This document shows, in pieces, positions 38,545 through 51,078 of a stretch of 64,000 nucleotides of DNA. The stretch spans positions 23,376,116-23,440,115 of the forward strand of contig NC_081363.1 in assembly GCF_030684315.1 (NCBI RefSeq), written 5' to 3'. Under the pieces are notes generated by a model that saw nothing but the letters and a program-made list of their open reading frames with translations, was not told the DNA's origin and made no database searches. Within the stretch, counting starts at the first letter, position 1; each line of letters starts with the position of its first letter. A program made the position numbers and the translations under genes. This DNA is from Stegostoma tigrinum. Lineage: Eukaryota.

Positions 38545-38974
38545 TGGCAACCTTTCCTCCCAAGATTGCAGGAAACTAGAGAGTTGCGAACACATTCCAG
38601 GCCAACACCCAAACCAGCCTCCCATCCATTAAAACCATCAATACATCCTGCTGCATTGGAAAAGTAACCAACATAATGGATGAGCTCTCCTGCCCTGGTT
38701 ATACACTCTTCCACCCTCTTCTATCAGACAGAAGAGAGAAGTTTGAATACATGTACAAACAGCTTGTTCCCTGCTGTTATCAGACTTCTGAATGGACTTC
38801 TCAAATGTTAATGTTGATCTCTCTCTGCACCCTCCTGGCAGCAGCAACATTGTATCCTGTATTCTGTTAAATTACCCTCCTGCACTTGCTTTGTACGATT
38901 TGTAAAGCAAGTAAAGCAACACTTTTCACTGTATCTCAATATGAGTGGCAGTCACAAATCAAATCAAATCAAAT
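38545..38974 (+). mobile_element. Rex1/Babar-like LINE 3' end with (AAATC)n tail
   Basis: CIGKVTNIMDELSCPGYTLFHPLLSDRR...FPAVIRLLN resembles the Rex1/Babar C-terminal motif; tail AAATCAAATCAAATCAAAT. Confidence 0.75.
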
Positions 38975-39011
38975 TAAGGGGCTGTCATCCAACTGAGGTG
39001 GCAATATCTTT

Positions 39012-39320
39012 GGGCGGCATGGTGGTCAGTGGTTAGCACTGCTGCCTCACCAGGAACCTGAGTTCAATTCCACCCTCAGTTGACTGTCTGTGTGGAATTT
39101 GCACGTTCTCCCTGCGTCTGCGTGGGTGTTCTCCAGTTTCCTCCCATGGTCCAAAGATGTGCAGGCTCGGTGGATTGGCCAGGCTTAATTGTCCACTGTG
39201 CCCAGGGATGTGTAGATTAGGTGGTTTACAGGGGGAATGAGTCTGGGTGGGATGTGTTGAGAGTCGGTGTGGCCTTGTTGGGCCAAAGAGCCTGATTCCA
39301 CACTGTCAGGATTCTAAGAT
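39012..39320 (+). mobile_element. HE1-type V-SINE, full length
   Basis: GGGCGGCATGGTGGTCAGTGGTTAGCACTGCTGCCTCAC, GAGTTCAATTCC, TGTGTGGAATTTGCACGTTCTCCC, tail CCACACTGTCAGGATTCTA. Confidence 0.9.
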
Positions 39321-40959
39321 CTAGAGTTGGACATAATTTTGTTTCGAAGGTTATGCAAGTCTTATTTAGGTCATTACAGATAGAAGGCTTTTTTCTTGCC
39401 CCTAACACAACTCCCAAGAATCTTTTCCCTAAATTAAATATGTAGATACTTAGTCATTATTAACTTGATTTTTAACATCTATTTTCAACATGATTGCAAA
39501 AAAAAACTGTAAGTCATTAATAGAGTTATCTATTTTATTTGGGAAATAAAAATCCATCACAATAAAAGAGAAGTTAATGTAAATGACTGAAGTAATGGAG
39601 GATTAAATGTCTTCAAATTTACATTGTAGACAATGTGAAATAAATCACAGCTTCAAACAGTTTTGTTTAGTTTGTTCATCTCATATTTAATTGATGCAGA
39701 AGTCTATAATTTGCATTATCCCACGACTACAATGTTGGAGAACTTCCAATCCGCTGATCAAGTTTCAATAAACAAGCATTGCTTTCATAGACTGTTTGCC
39801 ATTTGTATAATTTTGCTCCCATAACTCTCCAGTTTTGAAATGGTCGTTAGACCTTTACATAAATCTTTTGTTTTAAAAACCTTTGCCTCCTTGCTTTTGC
39901 AAACCGTATACAGCACGTGGCAGATTTATTGGATGTATATGGTAACAGGAGCTCGCAAAAGAAGTTTTACACAAATATTATTACCTTGCCACTTCAAGCA
40001 GATTTCTCAATCTGCTCCTGATCCCATTCCAGCCTCTGTCACAAAGTAACAGAAGGAGTCAAGCTGTTGACAATAGAATTAACCTGATGGTTTTCGGTCT
40101 CTGGATGCTTTTATTTTTGGTGGTGGACTTTTCCCCTCTGAGGTAAAAGATGTTAGGTCTTGAGGAATGGAATCCTTTCCTATATGTTGTGTTTCTGAGA
40201 ATCTGCAAAAATACTTGACCAGCCTCAGTGCACTCCTCTATATCCTCTTTCCATTGATCTCACCAGGAGGCCTGTGGAATTCTGTGGAGATCGCCTGGCT
40301 GACATGACTCAGACATTTCCAAGACGAACAGGCACAATGTTCCTTCCTGCTTACAATCAGAATCTGCAAATAACAACAAACATTTCTTGCTGGAAGTTCC
40401 CCACTTACCCCCATCCCCAGCATACCAAGAAAGACTTTGAACACTTTTCCTAAGTAATTGCCTGTATAAGGGGTGGATGAAGGACTTTACGGCATAACTG
40501 CACTAGAATTAGAGGGACAGCACTTGATTTTACATTTAACAATCTCGGGATTTTCAGGTATAAAGTGCACTTGACTCAACATGTGCGCTAAGCTTTCATG
40601 TCCAATATGTACCTTCTGTTGTACTAGGCTTCATTTACAAACTGAAATATCACAGAACTCTCCATGAGCCAGCTGATAAATTTCTCAGTGCACTTGAATG
40701 TTATAGAGCAAAGGGTTTCATGTTTTGTCCTCAGTGTGTGCTTCTCTGAGCAAGGGTGGCAGGAAGGGATAGAGGATCTTTGACCAAGTTTCTTACTCCC
40801 TCAATGATAACAGGAAAAGTGAATATTTCGGGTAAGAACAGGACTGAGCTCTGTTGTTGAGGCTGCATAAAAACAGCCTCACCATTCTCTCTTACTGATT
40901 TGGCTTACAGTTGAAGATTAGCTGCTTTCACATTTCAAAAATCCTCCGTGGGATGAGGC

Positions 40960-41400
40960 CAGCATTTGTTGCTGCCACCTACTTTCCCATGAGTAATAGA
41001 TGTTGGGCTAGCACCTTGAACTATTGCAGATTAACTAGGGTAGGTGCACCCACAGCATCCTTGATTGCATGTAGCGCAAGGTTAGGAATTTATATGCGGT
41101 TCCCAGTCAGGATGATACATGACTTGGAGGAAAACCTATGTTCTCATGCATCCATTGCCTTTGATCTCTAAAAACAATGATCTTCCTTTGTGCTATTTCT
41201 GTTTCCAATCAGTGGAGAGATTTCCCTAAATTTCCATTGTCTTTGATTGTGCCATGGCTCTTTGAGGCCATGAAGTGCTGACTTGATGTCAAGCATAGTT
41301 ACTCAGCATCTATAGAAATCAGCTCTTTTGTTGATGCACATAAGATATTGAAGGTGATTTTGAAACATGGAATGTGACTTTTACCAAACACCCAATTTTT
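40960..41400 (-). mobile_element. LINE family 2 fragments
   Basis: GGCCAGCATTTGTTGC...CTTGAACTATTGCAG...CCCAGTCAGGATG...GACTTGGAGG, homologous to 55715-56050. Confidence 0.6.
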
Positions 41401-42535
41401 CCAGAAGGTTTCAACTGGTCTTTGTGCTATTTCCTGAGTGTTTTTCATGCACAAACCTTCTCTGAAGGAGCTCATCCATATTCCAAGAGAAAGATGTGTG
41501 GTGGGGATTATTAGACCCTGGTTCTTGATCCAGAATCTATCTCATTTGGATTAAGGCCTCATTTCTGGAAGATGATGAGTTATGATCTTCTAACTCTGAA
41601 AACGGAGGAGCCTACAATAAACACTGTTTCATTCCTGAAGCAAACTATGCTTGATTTACTTTGTAGCATTGCTAAGACGTTTAATTTATACAGTGAGGAG
41701 ACCACAGGCTATTATGTTAAGTGGTATTTATATGCTGGCATTGGAAAAAAATGACACAAATTTGCCTAACTGCCCTTTTATAGATCATTATTCAAACAAA
41801 TGCAGAAGAAAAGAACATTTAAGGTAATAGTTGTTCATCAGAATGCTGGTTTATAAATTCTCTTTTATTTATGTAGCTCTATGCTTGATTCTGACTCATA
41901 ATGGTAGAGTGCTGAGTGAGTGGAGAATTTGATTCAATGGCAGCATGAGGCTTGTTCCATCCATAACATAGTTGGTGAAGAGCGGCTGACAAAAAAACAC
42001 TTTTTTTGCCAAAAATCTATCATTTTCACTGATTTTCTTCTGAGCACCTTTTTCATCTTATTTTGAAATTATGTTCTGCCTTCTTGAATTACAGGCTTTA
42101 TCATATCGAAACAGTACAACTAGCCTGGGCCTGTTGACACAACACATGTGCCTCCTCCTGTCTTCCTATCTCCCTCAATCAGCGTATACTTCTGTTTCTT
42201 CTTCCATATCTATTTAGCTAACTTTCCTGAAATAAATCGACTATTCACCTCAGGCATTCTATTTGATAGCTCCATATTTAACAACTCACAGCAAAGATTC
42301 TCCTGTATTCCGTCCTGAAGTTATTACTGATTCTTCTACTTATAGCTTTAGGACTGCTACATGTGAGCACATAGATTAGAACCTAATATTTCCCCACTAT
42401 AGGTGTCCAATGTATCCTATTATAATTTTAAAGAGCCCTATATTTGTCTTTGTATTTAAGCCTTACCAGTATTCAGCAAGGCTCTGTTATTTCTTATTTT
42501 GTCTTTATTTCTTCTCTTCAGTTTTGATGGAGTCA

Positions 42536-42655
42536 CCGGGGCAGAAAATATTAACTTTACCTTCTTCCTACAGATGCTACCAGACCTGCTGAGTTTTGCC
42601 AACAATTTCTGTTTTTGTTTTAGATCTCCAGCATCCGCAGATCATTGTTTTATCA
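42536..42655 (+). mobile_element. Single-arm family-B Penelope-like element
   Basis: CAGATGCTACCAGACCTGCTGAGTTTTGCCAACAATTTCTGTTTTTGTTTTAGATCTCCAGCATCCGCAG. Confidence 0.75.
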
Positions 42656-43016
42656 TTTTTCTCTTTTATCTGCTCTTGGTTAGTGAGTGGCCCTGGCTAA
42701 AGTAACGTTGCTGCCTTGGCTCGATTGCCCTGGGAAGATGCTATTAGATCATCTCCATGAGTCACTGAGTTCTTATGAAGGTGCTAAGTAAAGAAGCCCA
42801 TATTACACCTTGCATTCTTCATGTATGAGATAAAAGAAGCTCAAGGCTATTTTGTCTGGAGGCCGTACTCCCCTGCCCCTACCTAAGTCCTTGCACTCTC
42901 CAATAAAAAAAGGTGGTTAGTGAATCAGTGTAGGATTCCTGTTTGTATTTGCACACCGCTGAATGTTCTGCCAATAGTAACGACTTAAATGCTATACTAT
43001 CCAGAATTCAGGAGGC

Positions 43017-43133
43017 CCTTTTGTGGCTTAGTTGTAGTGCCCCTGTCCCTGGGCAGGGAGGACAAGGTTCAAGTCCCACCATCTCCAGAGGTATGTAGTA
43101 ACATCTCTGAATACTTTGACTGGAAAAAAAAAT
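43017..43133 (+). mobile_element. Short tRNA-derived SINE (family 3)
   Basis: A box TGGCTTAGTTG, B box GGTTCAAGTCC, CTCCAGAGGT, A-rich end. Confidence 0.7.
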
Positions 43134-44800
43134 AGGTTAATTAAACAATAAAGCAGGCCCAGTTCCCTCACTAACCTCCACCTCACTTTTTTAAAAAAAT
43201 CCAGAATTCAGCTATTTCAATGCTCACTGGGGCTTGAATCACTTCTGACCTATGAGGCTCAACACAAGTTCCCAAGATGTAACTGATCTTGAGAAGTTCA
43301 ACCAGGCTTTTAAGCTATCTCAATGGCTTTTGAAAAGTAAGAAAATTCTCTTGATATCATTGCTCAAACAATGCCTTTCCTTTGTACTTTATACATATTG
43401 TACCAGGAAATAGTTACAATGAAAAGGTTCGGGAAGGGGTTGCAGGGAATAAATGCTAGTTCTATGGCCCAGTACATGACAAAAGGAATTAAGTTTGAGT
43501 TTTATACCATTACTTTCTTAAACACATGGTATTTCCAACAAGCTGGCAAGTTGTGTCTTTTAATGTTGAACATTTGCTGTGCGATGGGGAGCAAACCTCA
43601 ACTTCATGTTTTATTCATTCTGACTTGCTCCTATTTTCTCTCGACTATTCTTGTGTTCTCACGGCCACGCACCATTGACTGAGAGTGTTGGCATCTGGCA
43701 AGAACATAGTAGATGTCAAACCTGCCCAAAATTGGCTGGCATAACAATTCACAGCAGCTTTATTATAATTTGCCTAATTCAGCGAGGTCAACCAAGTAGC
43801 AGTGATTTTGATTGTATGTTTAACCCACATTTAATTCCGCTGTTGTACTGGGAATGCCTTCTTTTCCTGTGGATTTTTGAACTTCATGAAGTCAGTTGGC
43901 TGAATAATTTACATGTGAATTTGCAAAGTCCAATAAAGTATTTTAACATAAATCAACAATTTTGCAGCGCATAAGAAATCCCACGTGAAAAATGTGCACA
44001 TTAACAAAAGTGCCAAACCCACTTATAATGTTAATATTTGTTGCGTCAACACACTATCCCTTTGCCCTGCCACTGAAAAGCCTTTTTTTGAAAGCTGCAA
44101 ATCGCATTAACAAAACAAGTTCTAAATTATATTTTTGTAAAGCCTGATGTTTTGACACTATTACTGAGTCGTGACACGGTCTGAATCTATCAACATGTAG
44201 AAGGAAAACTTTTCTAATAAAAACAGGGTTTAAAAAAGGAAAACAAGCAGTAAGCTGTTTATCTTGTAACCGTGTCTGTGATTCCAGCTGCAGTGTAAGA
44301 ATAATCTACAGAGACATTAAGTGTCCTGTAGTCTGTATCATGCATTTGTTTAGTGAAATGAGCTTGTGAGAACTGAATAACACACAAGGTACTATGGAAT
44401 GTTTCCAGTGAGACTAACTTCTTGTCTATTATTAAACAGCTCTAAATATTAGTTATATTCATTAAAGGGGAAATAGTACTTCAATTTAACTTTCCCAGTC
44501 TTAATAAGCAAAATGTTGAAAATCAGTGGACATCATGGGTAGATTTGTTTATTGACTTTCAAAATTCATTGGAAGATCACCTTTTAGGAAACTAATTTCT
44601 AAGCCCCACTATCATCCCATTGTTACATTAGCAAATGCTCAATCTATTAAAGGAATATTAAATGCTGCATAGTAAAACAAATTGAGCTCTGCAATTTTTT
44701 CAGCTTACTTTTACTTGCATTACTAAATATTGACTGGAACAGGAGTAGACAGTAAACATATGTTTCCTAAACTGGCCAGAAATGTAGTCGAATCAGTCAC

Positions 44801-45046
44801 AAACGTTCCATGGCAGTATTCAAATAAGATCAGAGTTGTTCTCCCTGGTGTCTTGGCCAATATTATCCATGAACCAGCACCTAACAATATGTGATCTGGT
44901 CATTCATTTTCTTATTTTTTTCTGGGAGGCCTGGCTGGCAGACTGGCTTTTGAACAGGGGCAAAATTTTGGAATTACTTCAAGAGTTGTAATAAAGCTTC
45001 AAAACATCCGGAGGTTATGGAGGCAAAATGTAAATAATCTTTCTTT
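44801..45046 (+). mobile_element. DeuSINE (AmnSINE1/SacSINE1-like) Deu-domain relic
   Basis: CCATGGCAGTATT...GTTCTCCCTGGTGTCTTGGCCAATATTATCC...ATCTGGTCATT...ACTTCAA...TAAAGC...GAGGTT matches the recalled Deu-domain consensus and tail. Confidence 0.7.
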
Positions 45047-45469
45047 CTCTCTTCACCTCTTTCCTTCCTGTTTCTGAAACCAGCAGAATAGTTATCATAG
45101 ACGTGCAATGCAAACTGCTACAGATTGTCATTTCAGGTCGAGAGCCCCTTTGCTTTAAAAAAAACACAATTTAAAAAGGCACCACCCAAACTCCTTTGAA
45201 CCAGAGTCCATCTGAAACAATATGCCATCATTTTTCATCTGCCAGAATTTCCAAATATCCTACTGGGTGAAGGGGAAGCAGCTGCTGTCTGTAGTTGAAG
45301 CCAAATCAAAAAAGCAGTTTAAAAATAAATATTTGTAGTGAATTTTTGTCTGTTACCAGAACCCTAGCATCGAGCATGTCACGATATTTTAAAAGAGTCT
45401 GGGTGTGAAATGTATTTTTAGAATTACTCCTAAAGAGCCATAATTCTACCTGTTATTAAGTAGCAGAAT

Positions 45470-45625
45470 GTAAGGACTTATGAAATAAGTGCTGAAGGAG
45501 AACATTCTTCCCCTTGAGCTTACTTCACCATTCAATAAGGTCATAGTTGATCTATTTGTGTTTTGAATTCCACATTCCTGTCTTCCCCGATAACCCTTGA
45601 TTTCCCTATCTAGCAAGGAGCTATC
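45470..45625 (-). mobile_element. CR1 3' UTR fragment
   Basis: CCATTCAATAAGGTCATAGTTGATCT...CCCCGATAACCCTTGATT...CTATCCACCTC. Confidence 0.75.
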
Positions 45626-46539
45626 CACCTCTCCCGTCTCTACCAGAAATACTCTGGCTACAAGGCAAGGCAGAGGCTGAAAATCCCTGAAGCAAGTAAC
45701 TCACCTCCTGCCTCCCCAAAGTCTGATTACTCACTGCTTCATTTATACATTTGCTGAGCAGTGAGGCAAATTTTTCTCCTGGCAGCAGTGAGTTGCCAAT
45801 TACAGAGAGATGATAGATTGTTAAAAACATTGTTAAAGATGCAAGTCACCTCATTAATATTCAAATTCTTATCTTAACTAACAAGCTAAACAATCTAGAT
45901 ATCTTGACAAGGAAAGAGATGTTACCCACCAACTTTAGCTTGCCATTCACTCCAAAGATGGTCTATGTAAAATATAAGGCATCAATATCTCAGGGTAACT
46001 CTGTCAGCACTAACCAGAGCATTGCTTATTCATGGACATTGGCATCTGATATGTGATGGTCTCTAAGAACCTTGATGACATATTTCTGATTCACTTACAA
46101 TATGTTTCTGCACTTCAATGCCGCACTTCAGGCTACACCACATCTCTCATTGTAATGTTGCAGCAAGGAGGTGTTGTGCTCAGGGACATAAGCCCAGCTC
46201 ATGCCTTGGTCCACGCTGCATCTCCAGCCAGTTCACTTGCCGTGATAATGCTTATTCACTGTTGAGCCTGCCTGGATGTTCACAGAATCCCTGTCATTTG
46301 TTGCATTGTCTTAGTATGCTTTATGGCCACAGCCAGATATACCAGGCTCACAGTATTGCTGTATTACCATGCCATTTCATGCAAATGCAAAACCATCAAG
46401 TTTATTGTTGTCAGCAATCCTCAATCCAGCCAAAGGAGACAGTGTTCCGTCAGGGGGCCCCTCACTCAGTAAGTCAAGGGCATCCTCCAATAACAGTCCA
46501 GGAGCCTGGGCTTGGTTTGCCAGCATCTCAGGATGATTA

Positions 46540-47130
46540 AAGTCAAGATGTTCTCTGTAGAGAGTGTGAGGAATCAAATATTGGGCAGCCCACCATCTGT
46601 CTTGTCTCTTTCCACCGCATATTGTTGGCTGTTTTTCTCCAGGAATGAGAGTGGGGGAAAGTTTTAGTAGTGAGAAAAGTGGGTGGTATGGCTATTATTT
46701 TTGTTACAGATGGGGAAGTGTGCCAACGAAGTGAGTGAAGGGGTCAGGGCAGCTGACAGCAAGTGAGGGGAGACATTGCAGGCCACAATGAGAGTGGTAG
46801 ACCATGAAACTTAGTGGGAAGTGTACACAATATCAATAATAATGTGAGTTAGAGATAATGGACAGAATATTGTGGCACTTATGCTGGTAGAGTAGAGAAG
46901 GTCATTGACCTACTTCCAGTGGTGTGATGCATTCCTCCAGATGGCTGAGACTGCACTGGCCGGGATGGCAAACCGTAGATCAGGCTGGCATGTTTTGGGG
47001 TCATGACTTCCAATGTTACTCCGGGGGTAACAGCATATTTCACATGTGTACCACCCCATCCAGCAAAAGCTCCTGGTCCCCACTCTCGAAGCAGGGTATC
47101 AAGTATCCTTTCCTGTCGATTTCAATGGCA
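46540..47130 (-). pseudogene. Fossil PIF/Harbinger Myb/SANT-like gene (two exons)
   Basis: Minus strand PCFESGDQELLLDGV...ASAVSAIWRNASHHWK*VNDLLYST, then ...ERDKTDGGLPNI*FLT; resembles F...LE.LLD.V...QCRKKVNDL / ER.KTGGG. Confidence 0.6.
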
Positions 47131-47221
47131 AATTTCAGGAACCATGCTAAGCATCTCTAGATATGCAGCTCTTTTCTAGGTGTCCAATGGGCTTTTAGAA
47201 GTGGGAACGATGGTGTCTGTA

Positions 47222-47351
47222 TCATCAGAAGGGTCTAGGCCCGAAACGTCAGCTTTTGAGCTCCTGAGATGCTGCTTGGCCTGCTGTGTTCATCCAGATA
47301 CACGCTTTGTTATCTTGGATTCTCCAGCATCTGCAGTTCCCATTATCTCTG
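47222..47351 (+). mobile_element. Family-A Penelope-like element with a micro-remnant of the inverted arm
   Basis: TCATCAGA (reverse complement of TCTGATGA) fused to AGGG-TCTAGG-CCC-GAAACGTC-AGC and the full tail ...CCCATTATCTCTG. Confidence 0.88.
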
Positions 47352-47618
47352 GTTAATAAATTGAGTTTGGTAAGATACAGTGAGAAAATTTATGTAGGTG
47401 CATGGCATGAAGACTCCAAAAACCTCAACACAACTGTCACTTAGCCAAAATTCATAAGGTGCAACCAAATAGTCACAAGTTCAGCTCAGAGTCCTATAGA
47501 ATCGCAAGGTGACAAATAGGCTGATGTTCATTCTAAATGGTGGCTAGGATAAGTGGATCTCAGTGTTGGAAGATCAACCTTGATTCAGTCTTTAACGAAC
47601 TAATGACAGATAGACTTT

Positions 47619-47775
47619 TAAAAGCAAAATGCTATAGATGCTGAAAATTTAGTCCATCTTATTTTTGGCAGAACAGTTCTGAAGAAGTCATATTGGACTT
47701 GAAACATTAACTCTGTTTCTCTTTTCACAGATGCTGCCAGAGACTGCTGAGTTTCTCTGGCATTCTCTGTGTTTG
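47619..47775 (+). mobile_element. Family-B Penelope-like element with a near-intact hammerhead core
   Basis: AGTT-CTGAAGA(47679-47685)-AGTC-ATATTG-GACT-T-GAAAC-ATT-AACT; short inverted-arm remnant at 47619-47650. Confidence 0.75.
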
Positions 47776-47954
47776 TAACAGATACTCGAAATGGTCCGAG
47801 AGATAAATTTGGGTTTACTTGAACAGATATATATGAATATTCAACTGGCTGTTGCTATCAGAGACGTTTTTCTAAAACAATTTAATATCCCTGTTTGCAC
47901 AAAGTCAGATATCCTGATCATTTCCTACCAAAATGACATAATTTTCAGTTCAGA

Positions 47955-48128
47955 GCTGTGCAGGTTAGGTGGATTGGCATGTTAAATTGTCCATCACAGC
48001 CAGGATGTGCAGACTAAGTGGATTAGCCACAGGAAAGGAAGGGTTACAGGGTTAGGGTAGTGGGGTGAGTCAGTGTGGAATGGATGGGCCGAATGGCCTG
48101 CTTCCACACTGTAGGGATTCTATGATTT
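47955..48128 (+). mobile_element. 5'-truncated HE1 V-SINE
   Basis: GTGCAGGTTAGGTGGATTGGCATG...GGGCCGAATGGCCTGCTTCCACACTGTAGGGATTCTATGA. Confidence 0.85.
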
Positions 48129-48209
48129 TATATTCCTACTATTCTAAGGTCATAGATAACGCAGATTGAAATAACAATTGCTTGAGTATGAACAACTAAC
48201 TAAGAAAAT

Positions 48210-48418
48210 CAGAGATAGTGGGAACTGCAGATGCTGGAGAATCCGAGATAACAAAGTGTGGAGCTGGATGAACACAGCAGGCCAAGCAGCATCTTAAGAG
48301 CACGAAAGCTGACATTTCGGGCCTAGACCCTTCATGATGAAGGGTCTAGGCCCGAAACGTCAGCTTTTGTGCTCCTAAGTTGCTGCTTGGCCTGCTGTGT
48401 TCATCCAGCTCCACACTT
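48210..48418. mobile_element. Palindromic Penelope-like element (family A), best preserved
   Basis: Arms of about 80 bp centred on CCCTTCATGATGAAGGG; plus strand ATGATGA-A-GGG-TCTAGG-CCC-GAAACGTC (48334-48361); 11-bp TSD TAAGAAAATCA at 48201-48211 and 48422-48432. Confidence 0.92.
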
Positions 48419-49810
48419 GATTAAGAAAATCATACGGTTTGTTGACCCAATTTCACTCACTGCCCTACATTCCACATTATTTTTTATTTGTAGGCCTTCA
48501 ATGATTTATTACACAATCACCCTGTTTATTTTGGCGCAAAATGGCAAGGCTGATCTCTCAAAAGCATAAAATCAATTAGTATTCATTGTTTGCCGAATCT
48601 TTCAACTCTCTCCCTCAGTTTGGTTTTTCAGCCTGTTCAAGGATTCTTAGATAACTCTGGCAATTTGACAGGCATAACATAGCATCAATATAAACAACGT
48701 TCTCTCTTTAAAATAAAAGCTGCTCGATGAATCATAATTCAATCTGCAAGATGGTGTGGAAGAGATACAAGGCCTCATAGTCAGAGAAAACAAATTCTCA
48801 GGAGTGAGCTACTCACACAGCACATAATCAAGTGCTGGCTGTGAATAGTTTATTACTTCATGTCTGTCTGCCTAACATCAGTGGGATGAAAAGTCTTACC
48901 CCACACTGTGAGATTATGAGAGTTATTCCACATATGTAGCAGTGCACAGCACTGAAACCTGATAGCTTACCGACAACTGCTTGTGAGGCTGACTCCCAAA
49001 TGTGAGATATGCTTTGTATTGTGTTTGTGTGGCAGTATGTCAGACCTTCAGGTTACTTTTGTTCACAATGCGCCCAATAAGCACTTAATGTGTGCAATGT
49101 TATCTGTGGTTTCATTGAACCACACTGCCACGAAGTAGACAGCGGTGCAGCTTGTTTCCCCTTCCCTTGCAACTATTCTGTCTCGCTGAACAGATTCGTC
49201 CTTTTAGAACTTTGCAAACAAGGCGACCAAAAGAGGACACACTAACTGGAAAAACTCAAAGCAGGAAATTGTGGGATTTATCAAATAGAAGTTGAGTTTC
49301 AAGAAATAGCAGATTATCAAAGAAAATATCCACCGGGCACATCTGGGCTTCTTTTTTAATTAGAACCTAATCACCAGAAAATGTTGTTGCTAGCACATTG
49401 AGAGACTGGATATAGGTCTGACAGTTGGCATACATTCCGTTCATGAATTGTAAGTAGTAACAGGAGTTACTTCACTTGACAAATGGGTACAGCTGTTACT
49501 TTACAACCTTGGAATTTATTTTTTTTATGTAGATGGCTGTCCAGGAGTTGAAAAATTTGGTTGCACATTAATTAAAATACAGATGTTAAGTCTAGACAGT
49601 TTTTAAACAGTAAAGACCAAACAACACACATTAAACAAAACTTAATATTTGTTTTACACTCAAGAAAAGATCAGCTGTCAGAGTCGAATGGAATATTTCT
49701 GTTCTGAGGATGGGTAATTCTGGCAGTTGGCACGTTTGGCTAAGAGTAACTGTTTCTTGCCAGCCACATTCCAAGATGAAGATACTGAAGCGGCAACATG
49801 GGGGAGGCGA

Positions 49811-50155
49811 TGGCAAAGTGATATTATTGTGAGTATATTTATGCAGAAACTCAGCTAATGTTCCGGGGACCCTGACTCGCATGCTACCATGTCAAATCTT
49901 GGAATTTGAATTCAGTAACAGGAGATCTGGAATTAAGTATATCCCGATGACTGTGCAGTTATTGCCGATTGCTGAGGAAAGAAACTACCGAGTTCACTAA
50001 CGTCCTTTAGGAAAGGAAACTGCCATCTTAACTTGGTCTTGCCGACATATGACTCCAGACCAATAGCAATGTGGCTGACTATCAACTGCCCTCTGGACAA
50101 TGAATGTTGGCCGAGCCAGTGACACCCTTGTCCTGTGAATGAATTTTTTAAAAAA
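49811..50155 (+). mobile_element. tRNA-derived SINE (family 2)
   Basis: GTTCACTAACGTCCTTTAGGAAAGGAAACTGCCATC...TGACTCCAGACC...GCAATGTGG; tail TGAATGAATTTTTTAAAAAA. Confidence 0.78.
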
Positions 50156-50257
50156 CTGAAATTTTGTCAGGAAGCAAAACACATCTTTCAATAAATCCAA
50201 CAGCTCAGTTGAGAAGATGATGAGTCCAGCTTTTTGCAGCTAGTAAAAGTGATCTTA

Positions 50258-51078
50258 CCAATGGCCTGAGGAGTGGCAGGTGGAGTTTAATTTGGATAAA
50301 TGTGAGGTACGACATTTTGATAAAACAAACAAGGGCAAGACTTAAGCAGCTAATGGTAGGGACCTTGGCAGTGTTGTCGAGCAGAGAGACCTAGGAAGTT
50401 CAGGTACATAATTCTTTGAAATTTGCATTACAGGGAGGCAGGGTGGTTAAGAAGGAATTTGGCATGCTTGAGTTCGTTGCTCAGATTATTGAGGATAGGA
50501 TGTGGGACATCATACTGAAGTTGTACAGGAATTTGGTGAGGCTGCTTTTGGAGTACTATGTACTGTTCTAGTCGCCCTGTTAAAGGAAGAAAATTAATAA
50601 ATTGGAGACGGCTCAAAAAACTTTATGAGGATGCTGCTGGGACAGAAGGGTTTGAGTTATACGGATAGGCTGGGATTTCTTTTCAATGGACCATAGGAAG
50701 TTTGGAGGTGAGCTAATAGATGTTTATAAAATCATGAGGGGCATAGATAAGGCAAATAGCAAATGTCTTTTTGAGGGTAGAGGAGTGCAAAACTAGTGGA
50801 AATTTTTTTCAGGTGAGTGGAAGATTTAAAAGTGACCTGAGCAGCAACAATTTCCACACAGAACGTAGTTCATCTGCAGAATGAACTGACCAAGGAAGTG
50901 GTAGATGCAGATACAGTTACAACATTTAAAGGACATTTGGATAGATATGTGAATGGGAAAGGTTTAGAGGGATATGGGCCAAATGCAGGCAAGTGGGACT
51001 AGTTTAGTTTGGGAAACGTGGTTGGCATGGATGAGTTTGACGGAAGGGTGTGTTTCCATGTTGTATGGCTCTATGATG
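50258..51078 (+). mobile_element. CR1 LINE 3' fragment
   Basis: GAGTGGCAGGTGGAGTTTAATTTGGATAAATGTGAGG (EWQVEFNLDKCE); tail GTATGGCTCTATGA. Confidence 0.88.

Noticed and set aside
40267-40453. Possible exon after a strong pyrimidine tract (RPVEFCGDRLADMTQ...)
   Set aside because: Weak donor (AA|GTAATT) and unrecognised peptide
48210-48418. Reading the palindromes as DNA-transposon MITEs or miRNA genes
   Set aside because: Asymmetric arms, variable long TSDs, single-arm siblings and a hammerhead motif fit retroposed Penelope-type termini better
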